NCBI GenBank assembly: GCA_041663445.1 | Contig: JBAYMR010000001.1 | Span: forward strand, 47,393-111,392 | DNA length: 64,000 nucleotides | Source of the DNA: Candidatus Micrarchaeia archaeon | Lineage (GTDB): Archaea; Micrarchaeota; Micrarchaeia; Anstonellales; Anstonellaceae | Reading direction: 5' to 3' | Shown here: positions 19,196-29,027 of the stretch, piece after piece | Layout of the letters: every line of letters starts with the position of its first letter | Numbering within the stretch: position 1 is the stretch's first letter | The notes under the pieces: model-generated | What the model was told of the DNA's origin: nothing | Database searches by the model: none | Seen by the model: the letters and a program-made list of their open reading frames with translations, nothing else | Made by a program: the position numbers and the translations under genes

Positions 19196-19424
19196 GACGA
19201 ACCTCTGCGATGGCTTTCCCTTGTGCGATTTCTGCGCCAGGCAAGATTAAATAGGCATGTCAGCTTAAGGCAAATGCGCGGATGAGGATAAGTGGATTCT
19301 CTGAGCAGGGGCGGTGCTATCACACCGCCTTTGCCATGACGCCTAACACAATTACTGACGCGCAAAAAAAAACAGTAAAGCCCGGATTCTGTTGGCGCGC
19401 CGCGCAGCTCCTCTCGCGCAAAAA

Positions 19425-19808
19425 TCAGGAAGGCTCGTAAAGCTCTATAGGCAGCCCGTCGGGGTCGCGCAGGAAGCAGAACCAGGCGCAAGACGTGCCC
19501 TTGGAAGGCGCGTCTATGTCAAGCCCCTTGGCTGCAAGCTCGCGCTGCTTTTTTCTGACATCGGCAACCTCGATGGAAATGTGCTTGAGACCGAGCACTG
19601 ACAAGTTGGACAAGTCGTCTTTCCTGCCCACTGCATTTTGAAACTGGAAGATTTCCAATTGGAAACCCTCCAACTGCAGGACAACTGCGCTGCCCTTCCA
19701 ACCGGGCTTGGTGAACCGATTCACCTCAGTGAAGCCAAAATTTTCCTTGTAAAAACTGGCGGATGCTTCCAAATCCCGGACAGTCATTGCGATGTGGTGC
19801 ACACGCAT
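19425..19808 (-). CDS. VOC/glyoxalase-family protein
   Basis: HIAMTVRDLEASASFY...HISIEVADV...: paired beta-alpha-beta-beta-beta modules of the glyoxalase/bleomycin-resistance fold. Confidence 0.7.
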   Translation of the reverse strand: MRVHHIAMTVRDLEASASFYKENFGFTEVNRFTKPGWKGSAVVLQLEGFQLEIFQFQNAVGRKDDLSNLSVLGLKHISIEVADVRKKQRELAAKGLDIDAPSKGTSCAWFCFLRDPDGLPIELYEPS

Positions 19809-19911
19809 TGAAATCTTCCCCGCTTTTATTTCCGCCGAGCTATCCCGCGCGGTTTTTTCCGCAATCAGTTCTTATTTTTCCTTCCGGCCATTTCGCGCGC
19901 TTTTTCGGAAG

Positions 19912-21924
19912 TCATTTCTTCTTCGCGACCATTTCTTTTGCTTTTTGCGCAATGTGCTCTGCGGACAGGCCGAAGCGCCTGATGAGGTCCCAGGGCGCGC
20001 CGGTTTCCCCGAACCTGTCCTCAACGCCCATCATGTCGAACACCACAGGCTGCGCGCAATTGGTGAGTATGGCAGCGGCCACGATGTTCCCAAGCCCGCC
20101 CTTCTGGTGCTCCTCCACCGTCAGCACGCAGCCGCATCCGCGCGCGGCTGCGAGGATGGCTTGCTTGTCAAGCGGCTTGAGCGTGGAGAGGTTCACCACG
20201 CGCGCGGCGATGTGGAATTCCTCTTTCAATATCCAGGCCGCGCGCATTGCCTCCGCCACTTCGGGGCCGCAGGAGATTATCGCGATGTCCTCGTGCGCCT
20301 CTTTTGCGTCGGTGGAAAGCTGGTGGGTGAAGGCGTCGGCGAACTTAGGCTGCTCGCCGTTGTAGCGTATGATTGTCGCAATGCCGAACCTGTATGGGGT
20401 GGAGGGCGAGGTGATGATGGGCGTGGGCTCGCGCGCAAAGCGGAGGTAGCACGGGCCGTTTATCTGGTCAATCATCGCGGCGGTTGCCTTTTTCGTCTCT
20501 GCCATGTCGCAGGGGATGAGAAGGCTCATGTTGGGAAGCCCGGCTATCTGGAAAATCTCCTCAAGCGCCTGGTGCGTGGCGCCGTCAGGCCCGACGGATA
20601 TCCCGCCGTGCGCGCCCACAATCTTGACGTTCCAGTTGCCGTAGCACACTGTCGTCCTCACCTGGTCAAGCGCGCGGCCCGCGGCGAAAACGCCATAGGT
20701 GCCGAAGAACGGTATCTTGCCCTCCTTCGCCATGCCCGCGGCAACGCATGTGCCGGACTGCTCGGCGATTCCCATTGAGAAAAAGCGGCCCTTGCGCTCG
20801 GGCCTGTTCTTGTAGAACATGTTTATCGAGATGGAACCGGAGATGTCCGCGCCGAGCGCGACCACGTTCGGGTTTTCATTCTGCTCAAGCTCGTCGCCAA
20901 ACCCGTCCTTGGTGGATTTCATTTCCACTTTCATTTTCTCCTGCGCGTTCCACCAGTAGTTGCGCGAAAACCTGGGCATTGCCGCTTCGATGGCGGCGCC
21001 CACTTCCTTTTGGTGGGCCGCTGCAAGCGCAATCATTTCGTCCTTGGGAAGGCGCTGCATGCCAAGCTCGGAAAGGGCCGCTTCCAGCTCGTCCTTTTTC
21101 GGCGCGCGCCCGTGCCAGCCAGCCTGGTTTTCCATGAATGAGACGCCCTTGCCCTTCACGGTATTTGCGATTATCACCGTGGGCTTGCCTTTTGTCCGCG
21201 CGGCTTCCTCGAACGCGGCGATGAGTGCCTCGATGCTGTGCCCGTCGGCAACGATGACATGCCAGCCGAACGCGCGGTATTTCTCGTCAATGGGGTCAAT
21301 GCCCATCACGTCGCGCACCGCCCCGTCAATCTGCAGGGAGTTCTTGTCCACTATGCCCACGAGGTTGTCGAGCTTGTAGTGCGCAGCCTCCATCGCCGCC
21401 TCCCAAATCTGCCCCTCCTGCTGCTCCCCGTCGCCCATCAGGCAATAAACGCGGTAGCCTTTGCCGTCCAGGCGGGCGGCGAGGGCGTCGCCGACAGCAA
21501 TGCTTAAGCCTTGCCCGAGCGAGCCGCAGGATGCCTCGATGCCCGCGCATTTTTTCCTGTCAGGGTGCCCGCAGAACGGCGAGTCCATCTTGCGGAGCAG
21601 CGCGGTCTGCTTGACGTCGAAATAGCCCGTGTAGCCGAGGGGGATGTACCATGCCGGCGCCTTGTGGCCTGCGGAGAAAAAGAGCCTGTCGCGCGCATCC
21701 CAGGCAGGGTCGGACGGCTTGTGGCGCATGGTGCGGAGGTAAAGGGTGGAAACGACGTCCATGCAGGACAATGTGCCGCCCGTGTGCCCGCTTCCCGCGC
21801 AGTGGAGCGCGATGAGGGAGTAGCCGCGCATTTCAGCAGCGGCCCTTGCAATCTCCGGTGCGGAATAGTTTTTTTCGTTGCCGTTCGCGTCGAATATCCC
21901 CATATTACCAACCTTGACCTGCAT
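19912..21924 (-). CDS. tkt: Transketolase (single-chain N+C)
   Basis: GHTGGTLSCMDVVSTLY, the TPP-binding GDG...E...N region, and C-terminal Pyr/TK-C domains. ORF trimmed to the internal Met so it does not overlap the aminotransferase gene. Confidence 0.9.
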   Translation of the reverse strand: MQVKVGNMGIFDANGNEKNYSAPEIARAAAEMRGYSLIALHCAGSGHTGGTLSCMDVVSTLYLRTMRHKPSDPAWDARDRLFFSAGHKAPAWYIPLGYTGYFDVKQTALLRKMDSPFCGHPDRKKCAGIEASCGSLGQGLSIAVGDALAARLDGKGYRVYCLMGDGEQQEGQIWEAAMEAAHYKLDNLVGIVDKNSLQIDGAVRDVMGIDPIDEKYRAFGWHVIVADGHSIEALIAAFEEAARTKGKPTVIIANTVKGKGVSFMENQAGWHGRAPKKDELEAALSELGMQRLPKDEMIALAAAHQKEVGAAIEAAMPRFSRNYWWNAQEKMKVEMKSTKDGFGDELEQNENPNVVALGADISGSISINMFYKNRPERKGRFFSMGIAEQSGTCVAAGMAKEGKIPFFGTYGVFAAGRALDQVRTTVCYGNWNVKIVGAHGGISVGPDGATHQALEEIFQIAGLPNMSLLIPCDMAETKKATAAMIDQINGPCYLRFAREPTPIITSPSTPYRFGIATIIRYNGEQPKFADAFTHQLSTDAKEAHEDIAIISCGPEVAEAMRAAWILKEEFHIAARVVNLSTLKPLDKQAILAAARGCGCVLTVEEHQKGGLGNIVAAAILTNCAQPVVFDMMGVEDRFGETGAPWDLIRRFGLSAEHIAQKAKEMVAKKK

Positions 21925-21949
21925 TTGTATTGTGATTTTCGTGCAGCCT

Positions 21950-23176
21950 TCACCACGTGAGCGTGCCGTCTTTTTGGTCCTTGGTGCCAAGCACCGCCTT
22001 CATGCGCCGGATGCCCTCGACGATATTGTCCTTTGAGGTCGCATAGGAGAGGCGGATGTGCTGCTCCGGGTCGCCCGGGTTCCGCCTGCCGAAGTGTATA
22101 TCCGCAAGCACCGCCACGCCGTTTTTCAGTAGGAGCCTGCGCAGCTCCTCGGAATCCTTGAGCTTGAGCTTTTTCACCGCTGCGGTGACATTGGGGAACG
22201 CGTAGAACGCGCCGCCCGGCACGAGGCATCGCACGCCGTCCACTTCGTTGAGGAGCCTGACGATGAGGTCTCGGCGCTCCTTGAAGGAGGCAGCCATCCT
22301 TTCGCTTTCGTCCTGCGGGCCGTCAAGCGCCGCGGCAAGAGCGTATTGGGACATGTGGTTTGCGCAGCTCTCCGTGTTGGTAACCCAGCGCGCGATGTGC
22401 GGGGCGAGCACGGGGTTTGCGATGTAGCCCATGCGCCAGCCTGTCATTGCGTAGGATTTCGATGCCCCGTCGGAGACGATGGTGCGCTCGTACATTTCAG
22501 GCAACGAGGCGATGCTCCTGAATTCCTTGTCGTACGAGAGCGTGCAGTAGACCTCGTCGCTGTAGACCCAGAAGTCGTGCTTCTTCGCAAGCGCCGCGAC
22601 TTCCTTCAGGTCGTCCTCCTCCAGTATGCCGCCAGTCGGGTTTTGCGGCGTGTTGATGATGAGGAGCTTTGTCCTGTTGGAGATGCGCGCCTTCAGCTCC
22701 TCGATGTCGAAGCTGAATTTCCTTTTCTCGGACAGGGGCAGCGGCACCGGCACCGCGCCGTTCGCGATTATCTGGGACTGGTATATCGGGAAGCCGGGGT
22801 TGGGGTAGATTACCTCGTCCCCCACGCCGTGGTCGGTGGTGCAGGCAATCGTGTATGCGATGAACGGCTTTGCGCCGTTCGCTATCACCACGTGCTCGGG
22901 CTTCACGTCTATCCTGCGCGTGCGGGACAGGTAGCGCGCCACGGCCTCGCGTGCCATCATGGTGCCCGCGGAATCGGTGTAGCCGGTTTTCCCGTCGTTT
23001 ATCGCCTTTATCGCGGCGTCCTTGATGTGCCGCGGCGTGTCGAAGTCGGGCTGGCCGATGCAGAAGCTTATCACGTCCTTGCCTTCCCTCTTCAGGCGGT
23101 TCACTTCCGCAAGCACTTCAAAAGCAGTCTCGGTTCCCAAGTCCGTTGTCCGTTTAGAGATGTCCAAATAGCTCAC
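21950..23176 (-). CDS. PLP-dependent aminotransferase class I/II (AspAT-like)
   Basis: ...NPTGGILEEDDLKEV...YSDEVY...SKSYAMTGWRMGY (PLP-lysine region SKS/A). Confidence 0.85.
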   Translation of the reverse strand: MSYLDISKRTTDLGTETAFEVLAEVNRLKREGKDVISFCIGQPDFDTPRHIKDAAIKAINDGKTGYTDSAGTMMAREAVARYLSRTRRIDVKPEHVVIANGAKPFIAYTIACTTDHGVGDEVIYPNPGFPIYQSQIIANGAVPVPLPLSEKRKFSFDIEELKARISNRTKLLIINTPQNPTGGILEEDDLKEVAALAKKHDFWVYSDEVYCTLSYDKEFRSIASLPEMYERTIVSDGASKSYAMTGWRMGYIANPVLAPHIARWVTNTESCANHMSQYALAAALDGPQDESERMAASFKERRDLIVRLLNEVDGVRCLVPGGAFYAFPNVTAAVKKLKLKDSEELRRLLLKNGVAVLADIHFGRRNPGDPEQHIRLSYATSKDNIVEGIRRMKAVLGTKDQKDGTLTW

Positions 23177-23297
23177 CTTGAATCAAGCAGCGCTAAACCG
23201 CACCGCCCACACATGTTGGGATTTGCGGCAATATAATTTATATGTGATGGTTGCCCGGGCAGCAATGAATAAAAACAGCCATGCGCGAAATGGAGGC

Positions 23298-24512
23298 ATG
23301 CTTCAAAAGATAATGGCGCAGGCAAAGGGGACCTGGGACGACCCGTTCAGCCGGTTCCTCGTCCTCCTCATCGTGGTTGCCGCGGGCTATGCGCTTGCCT
23401 TTTCCGCGACAGTGGAGCCTGTTGCGCCGCAGCAGTTTTCCGGCAACGCCACGCTAGACGTTCATTTCTTCTACCACCCGTCATGCCCGCACTGCAAGGA
23501 GCAGATGCCCTATAACCAGCAGATTGCGGAGGAATACCCGGGTGCGAGATGGATTTACCACGACACGTCCGACCCTGTGCAGAACGAGCTTATGGAAAGC
23601 ACGCTTGCGGCACTCGGCAGGAAGCAGGAGGGCGTGCCGACCACGATAATAAACAAGACGGTGATTGTGGGCTTTGACAAGTCAAGCACGCCGCAGAAAA
23701 TCCGGGATGCGATTATCGCAGGCAATGGCGCGGGAAACACTGAAGGGAAGAACGGGACGGCGCAGGGAAAGGCAATCACGTTGCCGCTTGTCGGCACCAT
23801 AAACCCGTACGAATATTCCCTGCCGGCGCTCGCGGTTACCCTCGGGCTTATAGACGGGTTCAACCCGTGCGCGATGTGGGTGCTTGTTTACCTCATCTCC
23901 CTCACGCTCACCCTCAACGACAGGAGGCGCTTCCTCCTGGTGGTGGGCACTTTCCTTCTTGCCTCGGGCGCGCTTTATTTCCTCATAATGGCGGCGTGGC
24001 TCAACGCGTTCCTGTTCGTGGGCTATACGCGCCCGGTGATGATTGGCGTGGGCGCAATCGCGCTTTACTGGGGGGCGGTTTCGCTCCGCGAGTTTTGGAA
24101 AAACAGGGGCGAGATTGCCTGCCAGGTGGGGGACGCCAGGGAAAAGAGGAAGCTGGCGGGGGAAATGCAGGGGCTGCTGTCATCGCCCCTGACGATTGCC
24201 ACGTTTGCGGGCATCGTGGTGCTGGCGGTCACGGTGAATTCCATCGAGTTTGTCTGCTCGGCGGCCATCCCGGCTGTTTTCACGCAGGTGCTTTCGCTGT
24301 CGGGCGTATCGGCGCTGGAGCATTACTTCTACATATTCGTCTATGTGCTGATGTACATGGCGGACGACATCATTGTCTTCGCGCTTGCCTACTTTGCGGT
24401 GGGCGGCACGCTCGGCAGCAAGGTGGCGTCGTACGGGCATGTGATTGGCGCAGCCATACTGATTGCGCTCGGCGTGATGCTTTTGTTTGCGCCAAAGCTG
24501 CTCATGGTCTGA
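23298..24512 (+). CDS. Thioredoxin-like (CPHC) domain fused to a CcdA/DsbD-family membrane thiol-disulfide transporter
   Basis: HPSCPHCKEQ thioredoxin active site in the N-terminal exported domain. The C-terminal 6-8 TM region carries LGLIDGFNPCAMW (DsbD/CcdA conserved Cys). ORF begins at 23178; start placed at MLQKIM. Confidence 0.65.
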   Translation: MLQKIMAQAKGTWDDPFSRFLVLLIVVAAGYALAFSATVEPVAPQQFSGNATLDVHFFYHPSCPHCKEQMPYNQQIAEEYPGARWIYHDTSDPVQNELMESTLAALGRKQEGVPTTIINKTVIVGFDKSSTPQKIRDAIIAGNGAGNTEGKNGTAQGKAITLPLVGTINPYEYSLPALAVTLGLIDGFNPCAMWVLVYLISLTLTLNDRRRFLLVVGTFLLASGALYFLIMAAWLNAFLFVGYTRPVMIGVGAIALYWGAVSLREFWKNRGEIACQVGDAREKRKLAGEMQGLLSSPLTIATFAGIVVLAVTVNSIEFVCSAAIPAVFTQVLSLSGVSALEHYFYIFVYVLMYMADDIIVFALAYFAVGGTLGSKVASYGHVIGAAILIALGVMLLFAPKLLMV

Positions 24513-24684
24513 CCCCCGCCGGGTTCTCCGCCAGCTTGCCTGCCATCGCCATGGCCGCCCGCAGCAGGGCTGCCCATTCCCCACCCCGGGGCGCAGGCTT
24601 TTGCAGGCAGCCGCCACGCGGGCGGCAGGGGACGCCTTTTTAATATTTTAGCGACTGATAGGGAACAAGAATAAGGGTGGTTAT

Positions 24685-25722
24685 TTGTCGGGCAAACCGT
24701 TTGCAGTTCCTCTTTTGGCGATAATCGGCATTTTTGCGCTCATCCTGCTTTCAGGCTGCCTGGCGCAGGGCTGCTCTTCGGACAAGAGCTGCAAGGCGTG
24801 GCAATTCTGCGACACCGCGAAAAAGGCATGCGCGCTGCGCGACGGGTACTGCAACGCTGACAGCGAATGCAACGACGCGCTCAAGGCATGCCCGGCGGCA
24901 ACGCACCAGTGCGCGTTCCTTGAGAACAGGTGCAGGAACGACGGCGACTGCGGAAGCTGGCAGGTTTGCGATTCAACAGGCAACAACACCTGCAGGCCGC
25001 GCGCAGGCTATTGCGACGACGACTCGGTTTGCGACACCGCCACCGAGGTCTGCAGCCAAAGCAGGCACGTCTGCGTGCCCAAGCCCGGCGGCTGCTCGAA
25101 CCAGTTCGACTGCGAATCGTGGCAGATGTGCAACATGACGTCCAAGAGGTGCATACCGCTCACCGGAAGGTGCGCCTCGGACGTGGACTGCTCGCTATGG
25201 CAGGTGTGCAACACCACAAGCATGGTATGCGCGGTGAAGCCAGGCTTCTGCAACAACGACCTGGACTGCGAAAGCTTCATGATTTGCGACAGGGCGCTCA
25301 AGCGCTGCGTGGTGTCGTCCGATTCATGCCTGACCGACACGGACTGCCGCGACTGGGAGCTTTGCAACACAGGGACGAACAAGTGCGAGGCGCAGCGCGG
25401 GCTATGCTCGTCGCTGGCGGACTGCGAGAGCTGGCAAATCTGCAATGCGGCAAGCAGGCGCTGCGCGAGCAGGCCGGGCTACTGCACCAGCAACTCCGAA
25501 TGCAACTCGGCATACCAGCAGTGCGATGTGCCCACCCACAAGTGCATGGTGATGGCGGGCTACTGCACCAAATCGGCGGAATGCGCGTACAACGAGCGCT
25601 GCGAGCTTGACCCGCTTTCCACAAGCGCATACAGGTGCGTAAAGGCGGTGTGCGGGACCAACGACGACTGCCCGGGCGGCTTCTGCGACCTGGTGGACCA
25701 CCAGTGCAAGAGCTCGCCCTGA
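24685..25722 (+). CDS. Secreted or lipid-anchored Cys-rich protein with ~12 tandem ~27-aa repeats of four Cys each
   Basis: Signal peptide ending LLSGC (lipobox-like), then repeats of the form DCESWQ.C(N.T)...C.P.pGyC, each C-x5-C-x6-C-x6-C. 48 Cys in 345 aa. Confidence 0.7.
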   Translation: MSGKPFAVPLLAIIGIFALILLSGCLAQGCSSDKSCKAWQFCDTAKKACALRDGYCNADSECNDALKACPAATHQCAFLENRCRNDGDCGSWQVCDSTGNNTCRPRAGYCDDDSVCDTATEVCSQSRHVCVPKPGGCSNQFDCESWQMCNMTSKRCIPLTGRCASDVDCSLWQVCNTTSMVCAVKPGFCNNDLDCESFMICDRALKRCVVSSDSCLTDTDCRDWELCNTGTNKCEAQRGLCSSLADCESWQICNAASRRCASRPGYCTSNSECNSAYQQCDVPTHKCMVMAGYCTKSAECAYNERCELDPLSTSAYRCVKAVCGTNDDCPGGFCDLVDHQCKSSP

Positions 25723-25788
25723 CCCGGGCGCGGCACCGCAAGCATTTTATTCTTGAGCAGTTTTGTTAGCTGCAACAACCTCTAGGAG

Positions 25789-26892
25789 ATGAACCATATG
25801 GCAACCATAAAGAATGACGAGTTCGGGCCGGAAATGATAGTCCATGTCTATGACCCGAAGACGGGAATGGAAGGGATTGTGGTTATTGACAACACGGCGA
25901 TAGGCCCAGCAAAGGGAGGCGTGAGGCTGGTGCCGGACATCACTGTCGAGGAAGTGTACGGGCTTGCGCGCGCGATGACATGGAAGAACGCGCTTGCGGG
26001 AATCCCGTTCGGAGGGGCGAAGTCCGGCATCAAGGCGCCGGGCAACGCGCCGAACAAGGCGGAGCTTGTGCGCGCGTTCTCCGAGAAAATCGCCCAGCTG
26101 GTGCCCTCGAAATACGTGCCCGGGCCGGACATGAACATAGGCGAGAACGAGATGGCAATCATATCAAAGACGATAGGCACGCCAAAAGCGTCCACGGGCA
26201 AGCCGGCCAGCATGGGAGGGCTGCCGCACGAGCTTGGCTCCACGGGCTACGGGGTTTTCCTTGCCACCGAGGTGGCGCTTGAGCATGCGAAGATACCGCT
26301 CGCAGGCGCCACTGTCGCCATCGAGGGGTTCGGCAACGTGGGGACGTTCACCGCGAAGTTCCTCACCGGGAAGGGCGCAAAGGTGATTGCGGTGTCCGAC
26401 TCGAAAGGCACGGTTTACCTTGAGGGCGGGCTCAAGTACGACACGCTCATGCAGGTGAAGAAGGAGAAGGGCACGGTCACAGCATATCCGGGCGCAAAGG
26501 TGCTTCCGGCTGCCGACCTGTTCGGCATCAAGTGCGACGTGCTCATACCCGGCGCGCGCCCAAACGTGATACGCGCGGACAACATGGGCGCCATAAAGGC
26601 AAAGGTGATTGTCGAGGCTGCAAACATCCCGATGACGCCGGAAATCGAGCTTGCGCTTGTGAAGAGGGGCGTGATAATCGTGCCTGACTTCGTGGCAAAC
26701 GCGGGCGGCGTGATTTCATCATACGTGGAGTTCATCGGCGGGACCGAGCAGCAGATGTTCGCAATGGTCAAGGAAAAGATAACCGCGAACACGCGGCTCG
26801 TGTTCGAGCGCGCAAAGGGCGGGGACCTCCGCTCGGCGGCCCTTGCGATTGCAAAGGAGCGCGTCCTTGACGCAATGAACAGGAAAAAATAA
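25789..26892 (+). CDS. Glu/Leu/Phe/Val dehydrogenase family (367 aa, leucine/valine dehydrogenase-like size)
   Basis: GPAKGGVRL...KNALAGIPFGGAKSGI... catalytic-domain motifs and the GFGNVG NAD(P)-binding glycine loop. Confidence 0.85.
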   Translation: MNHMATIKNDEFGPEMIVHVYDPKTGMEGIVVIDNTAIGPAKGGVRLVPDITVEEVYGLARAMTWKNALAGIPFGGAKSGIKAPGNAPNKAELVRAFSEKIAQLVPSKYVPGPDMNIGENEMAIISKTIGTPKASTGKPASMGGLPHELGSTGYGVFLATEVALEHAKIPLAGATVAIEGFGNVGTFTAKFLTGKGAKVIAVSDSKGTVYLEGGLKYDTLMQVKKEKGTVTAYPGAKVLPAADLFGIKCDVLIPGARPNVIRADNMGAIKAKVIVEAANIPMTPEIELALVKRGVIIVPDFVANAGGVISSYVEFIGGTEQQMFAMVKEKITANTRLVFERAKGGDLRSAALAIAKERVLDAMNRKK

Positions 26893-26904
26893 TGGGGTTA
26901 TGAC

Positions 26905-27783
26905 ATGCTTTGCTTCGTAGCGCTCGCGGTTTTCCTGCTGCTTTCCGTATTCTCAGCGAAGTACAGGCCGCTTGCGCGCCGCGCGCTTGATTGCGTGGCA
27001 AAAAAGGCCACGCTCCGCCCTTGCGACACCGGCCTTGACGAGGAGATAAAGGCGGCGAGCATCGCAGGCATCATGAAGATATCGCCAAAGGGCGCGTCTT
27101 TCCTCAACAGGCACTTCGAGGCGTTCTCGTTCCTGTTCACGCTGCTGTTCTTCGCCTCGCTGTTCTTCGCGCTGCAGGGGCTGTACAATTTCGCGGTATA
27201 CGGGAACTGCAACGGGTTTGAGGGCGGCTTCTGCATCTACTCGGGACTGCAGAACGAGGCGTTCCTCAAGGCGCCGACCTCGCTCCAGGGGATATCCGCA
27301 GGCAACCCCGGCGCAAACATAACCGTGATTGAGTTCGGCTGCTACACCTGCCCCTACACCAAGGCGGCGGAGGATGGCGTGAAGGGGATAATTTCCAGCT
27401 ACGGGAACAGGGTGCATTATGTTTACAAGGCATTCCCGCTCCCCGCCCACCCGTTTTCAAAGGAGGCTGCGCTTGCGGCGCTCTGCGCAAACGACGAGGG
27501 GAAATACTGGGAATACAGGGCTGCGCTCTTCGGCAGGCAGCAGGACGTGATGCAGAACGGCACCGCGGCGCTGTACGGCATTGCAAGCGGGCTCAACCTT
27601 ACATCTTTTGATGCGTGCTACGCGTCGGGCAAGCACAACGACTTGCTGCAGAAGAGCACGGACGAATGCACAGCGTCGGGCATCTACGGCACGCCCACAT
27701 TCTTCGTGAACGGGAAGGCGTTTGCAGGCCCCGGCGCGATAAACGACACCGAGAAGGAAGTGAAGAGGCTGCTTGGCGAGTAG
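26905..27783 (+). CDS. DsbA-like thioredoxin-fold thiol:disulfide oxidoreductase with an N-terminal membrane region
   Basis: CYTCPY (CxxC) active site in a DsbA-like domain; N-terminal hydrophobic segments. Confidence 0.6.
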   Translation: MLCFVALAVFLLLSVFSAKYRPLARRALDCVAKKATLRPCDTGLDEEIKAASIAGIMKISPKGASFLNRHFEAFSFLFTLLFFASLFFALQGLYNFAVYGNCNGFEGGFCIYSGLQNEAFLKAPTSLQGISAGNPGANITVIEFGCYTCPYTKAAEDGVKGIISSYGNRVHYVYKAFPLPAHPFSKEAALAALCANDEGKYWEYRAALFGRQQDVMQNGTAALYGIASGLNLTSFDACYASGKHNDLLQKSTDECTASGIYGTPTFFVNGKAFAGPGAINDTEKEVKRLLGE

Positions 27784-28978
27784 GATGGATGTTGACAAGC
27801 TACGCGCGGATTTCCCTGTTCTCCAATCCTCCAAGGCAATCTATTTTGACTCGGCCTGCACGACGCTCAAGCCGCGCATTGTGATTGATGCTGAAAGCGG
27901 CTACTACTCGGAGCTTTCCGCGTGCGCGGGCAGGTCGCACCATTCGCTTGCCAAAAGGACGGAGGAGAAATTCGAGGCGTCGCGGGAGAGGATTGCGCGC
28001 TTTGTCGGCGCAGGGAAAGGGCAGCTTGTTTTCACCAAGAACACGACGGAAGCGCTCAACCTTGTCATCCGCTCGCTGGATTATTCCTCGCGCAAAAAAA
28101 TCGTCGCCACGCCGCTGGAGCACCACTCGCTCCTGCTGCCGATAATGGAGCAGCAGAGAAGGGGCGTTGCGAAGATGGAAATGCTTGGCGTGCGGCAGGA
28201 CGGCACGATTGACGAATCGTCCCTTTCGCTCATTGACAGGGGCACTGCGCTCGTTGCAGTCCACCACACCACGAACACCACGGGCATGCGCGCGCCATTG
28301 GAGAAAATCGTGAAGGCGGCGCATGACGCCGGCGCGCTTGTGCTTGTGGACGGCGCGCAGGGCGTGCCGCACTCGCGCGTGGACTTTTCAAGGCTTGGCG
28401 CGGACTTCCTTGCCTTTTCGGGGCACAAGATGTGCGGCCCGACGGGCATTGGCTGCCTCGTCGGGAAGAAGGAGGCGTTTGAGGGGCTGGACACGTTCAT
28501 TGTGGGCGGGGAGACGGTGGAAACCGTGAGCCTGCAGGGCGTGAAATGGAAGGCGGCGCCCAAGCGGTTCGAGGGCGGCATACAGAATTATGCTGGCGCC
28601 ATCGGGCTTGCCGCGGCTTGCGATTACCTCGCGAAAATCGGCATGCAAAACATCGAGGAACATGAAAAGAGGATGGCGCGCGCGCTCATCGAGGCGATAA
28701 ACGCCATTCCAGGCTCGGCAATCTACGGCAGCCCAGACCCGTCAAAGCGCTGCGCCCTGGTTTCCTTCAACCTGAAAGGCGTTTCCGCGCACCAGGCCGC
28801 GCTCATGGCGGACTCGCTTGGCAAAATTGCGATGCGCTCGGGCGTTTTCTGCGCGGAGCCGGCTGCCAATGCGCTTGGCTTTGGAAAGGGAGCTGCGCGC
28901 GCATCGCTCTACCTGTACAATACCGGGGAGGAAGTGCGCATCTTCGCCGAGACGATGGGGAAGATTGCAAAGCTCTGA
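27773..28978 (+). CDS. Cysteine desulfurase (class-V aminotransferase, SufS/NifS-like)
   Basis: ...LVLVDGAQGVPH...FSGHKMCGPTGIGCL...: PLP-lysine SGHK and the catalytic Cys loop. Confidence 0.85.
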   Translation: MASRMDVDKLRADFPVLQSSKAIYFDSACTTLKPRIVIDAESGYYSELSACAGRSHHSLAKRTEEKFEASRERIARFVGAGKGQLVFTKNTTEALNLVIRSLDYSSRKKIVATPLEHHSLLLPIMEQQRRGVAKMEMLGVRQDGTIDESSLSLIDRGTALVAVHHTTNTTGMRAPLEKIVKAAHDAGALVLVDGAQGVPHSRVDFSRLGADFLAFSGHKMCGPTGIGCLVGKKEAFEGLDTFIVGGETVETVSLQGVKWKAAPKRFEGGIQNYAGAIGLAAACDYLAKIGMQNIEEHEKRMARALIEAINAIPGSAIYGSPDPSKRCALVSFNLKGVSAHQAALMADSLGKIAMRSGVFCAEPAANALGFGKGAARASLYLYNTGEEVRIFAETMGKIAKL

Positions 28979-29027
28979 TTTTACAGCTCGGCACAAACAG
29001 GAATGCGGTGGATGACTGGCTCGCGTT

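Noticed and set aside
19792-20778. 328-aa and 200-aa plus-strand ORFs opposite transketolase; also similar antisense ORFs opposite alaS, purL, OFOR alpha, tkt and the aminotransferase
   Set aside because: They are antisense to genes with full-length, motif-level support and have no recognisable domains.
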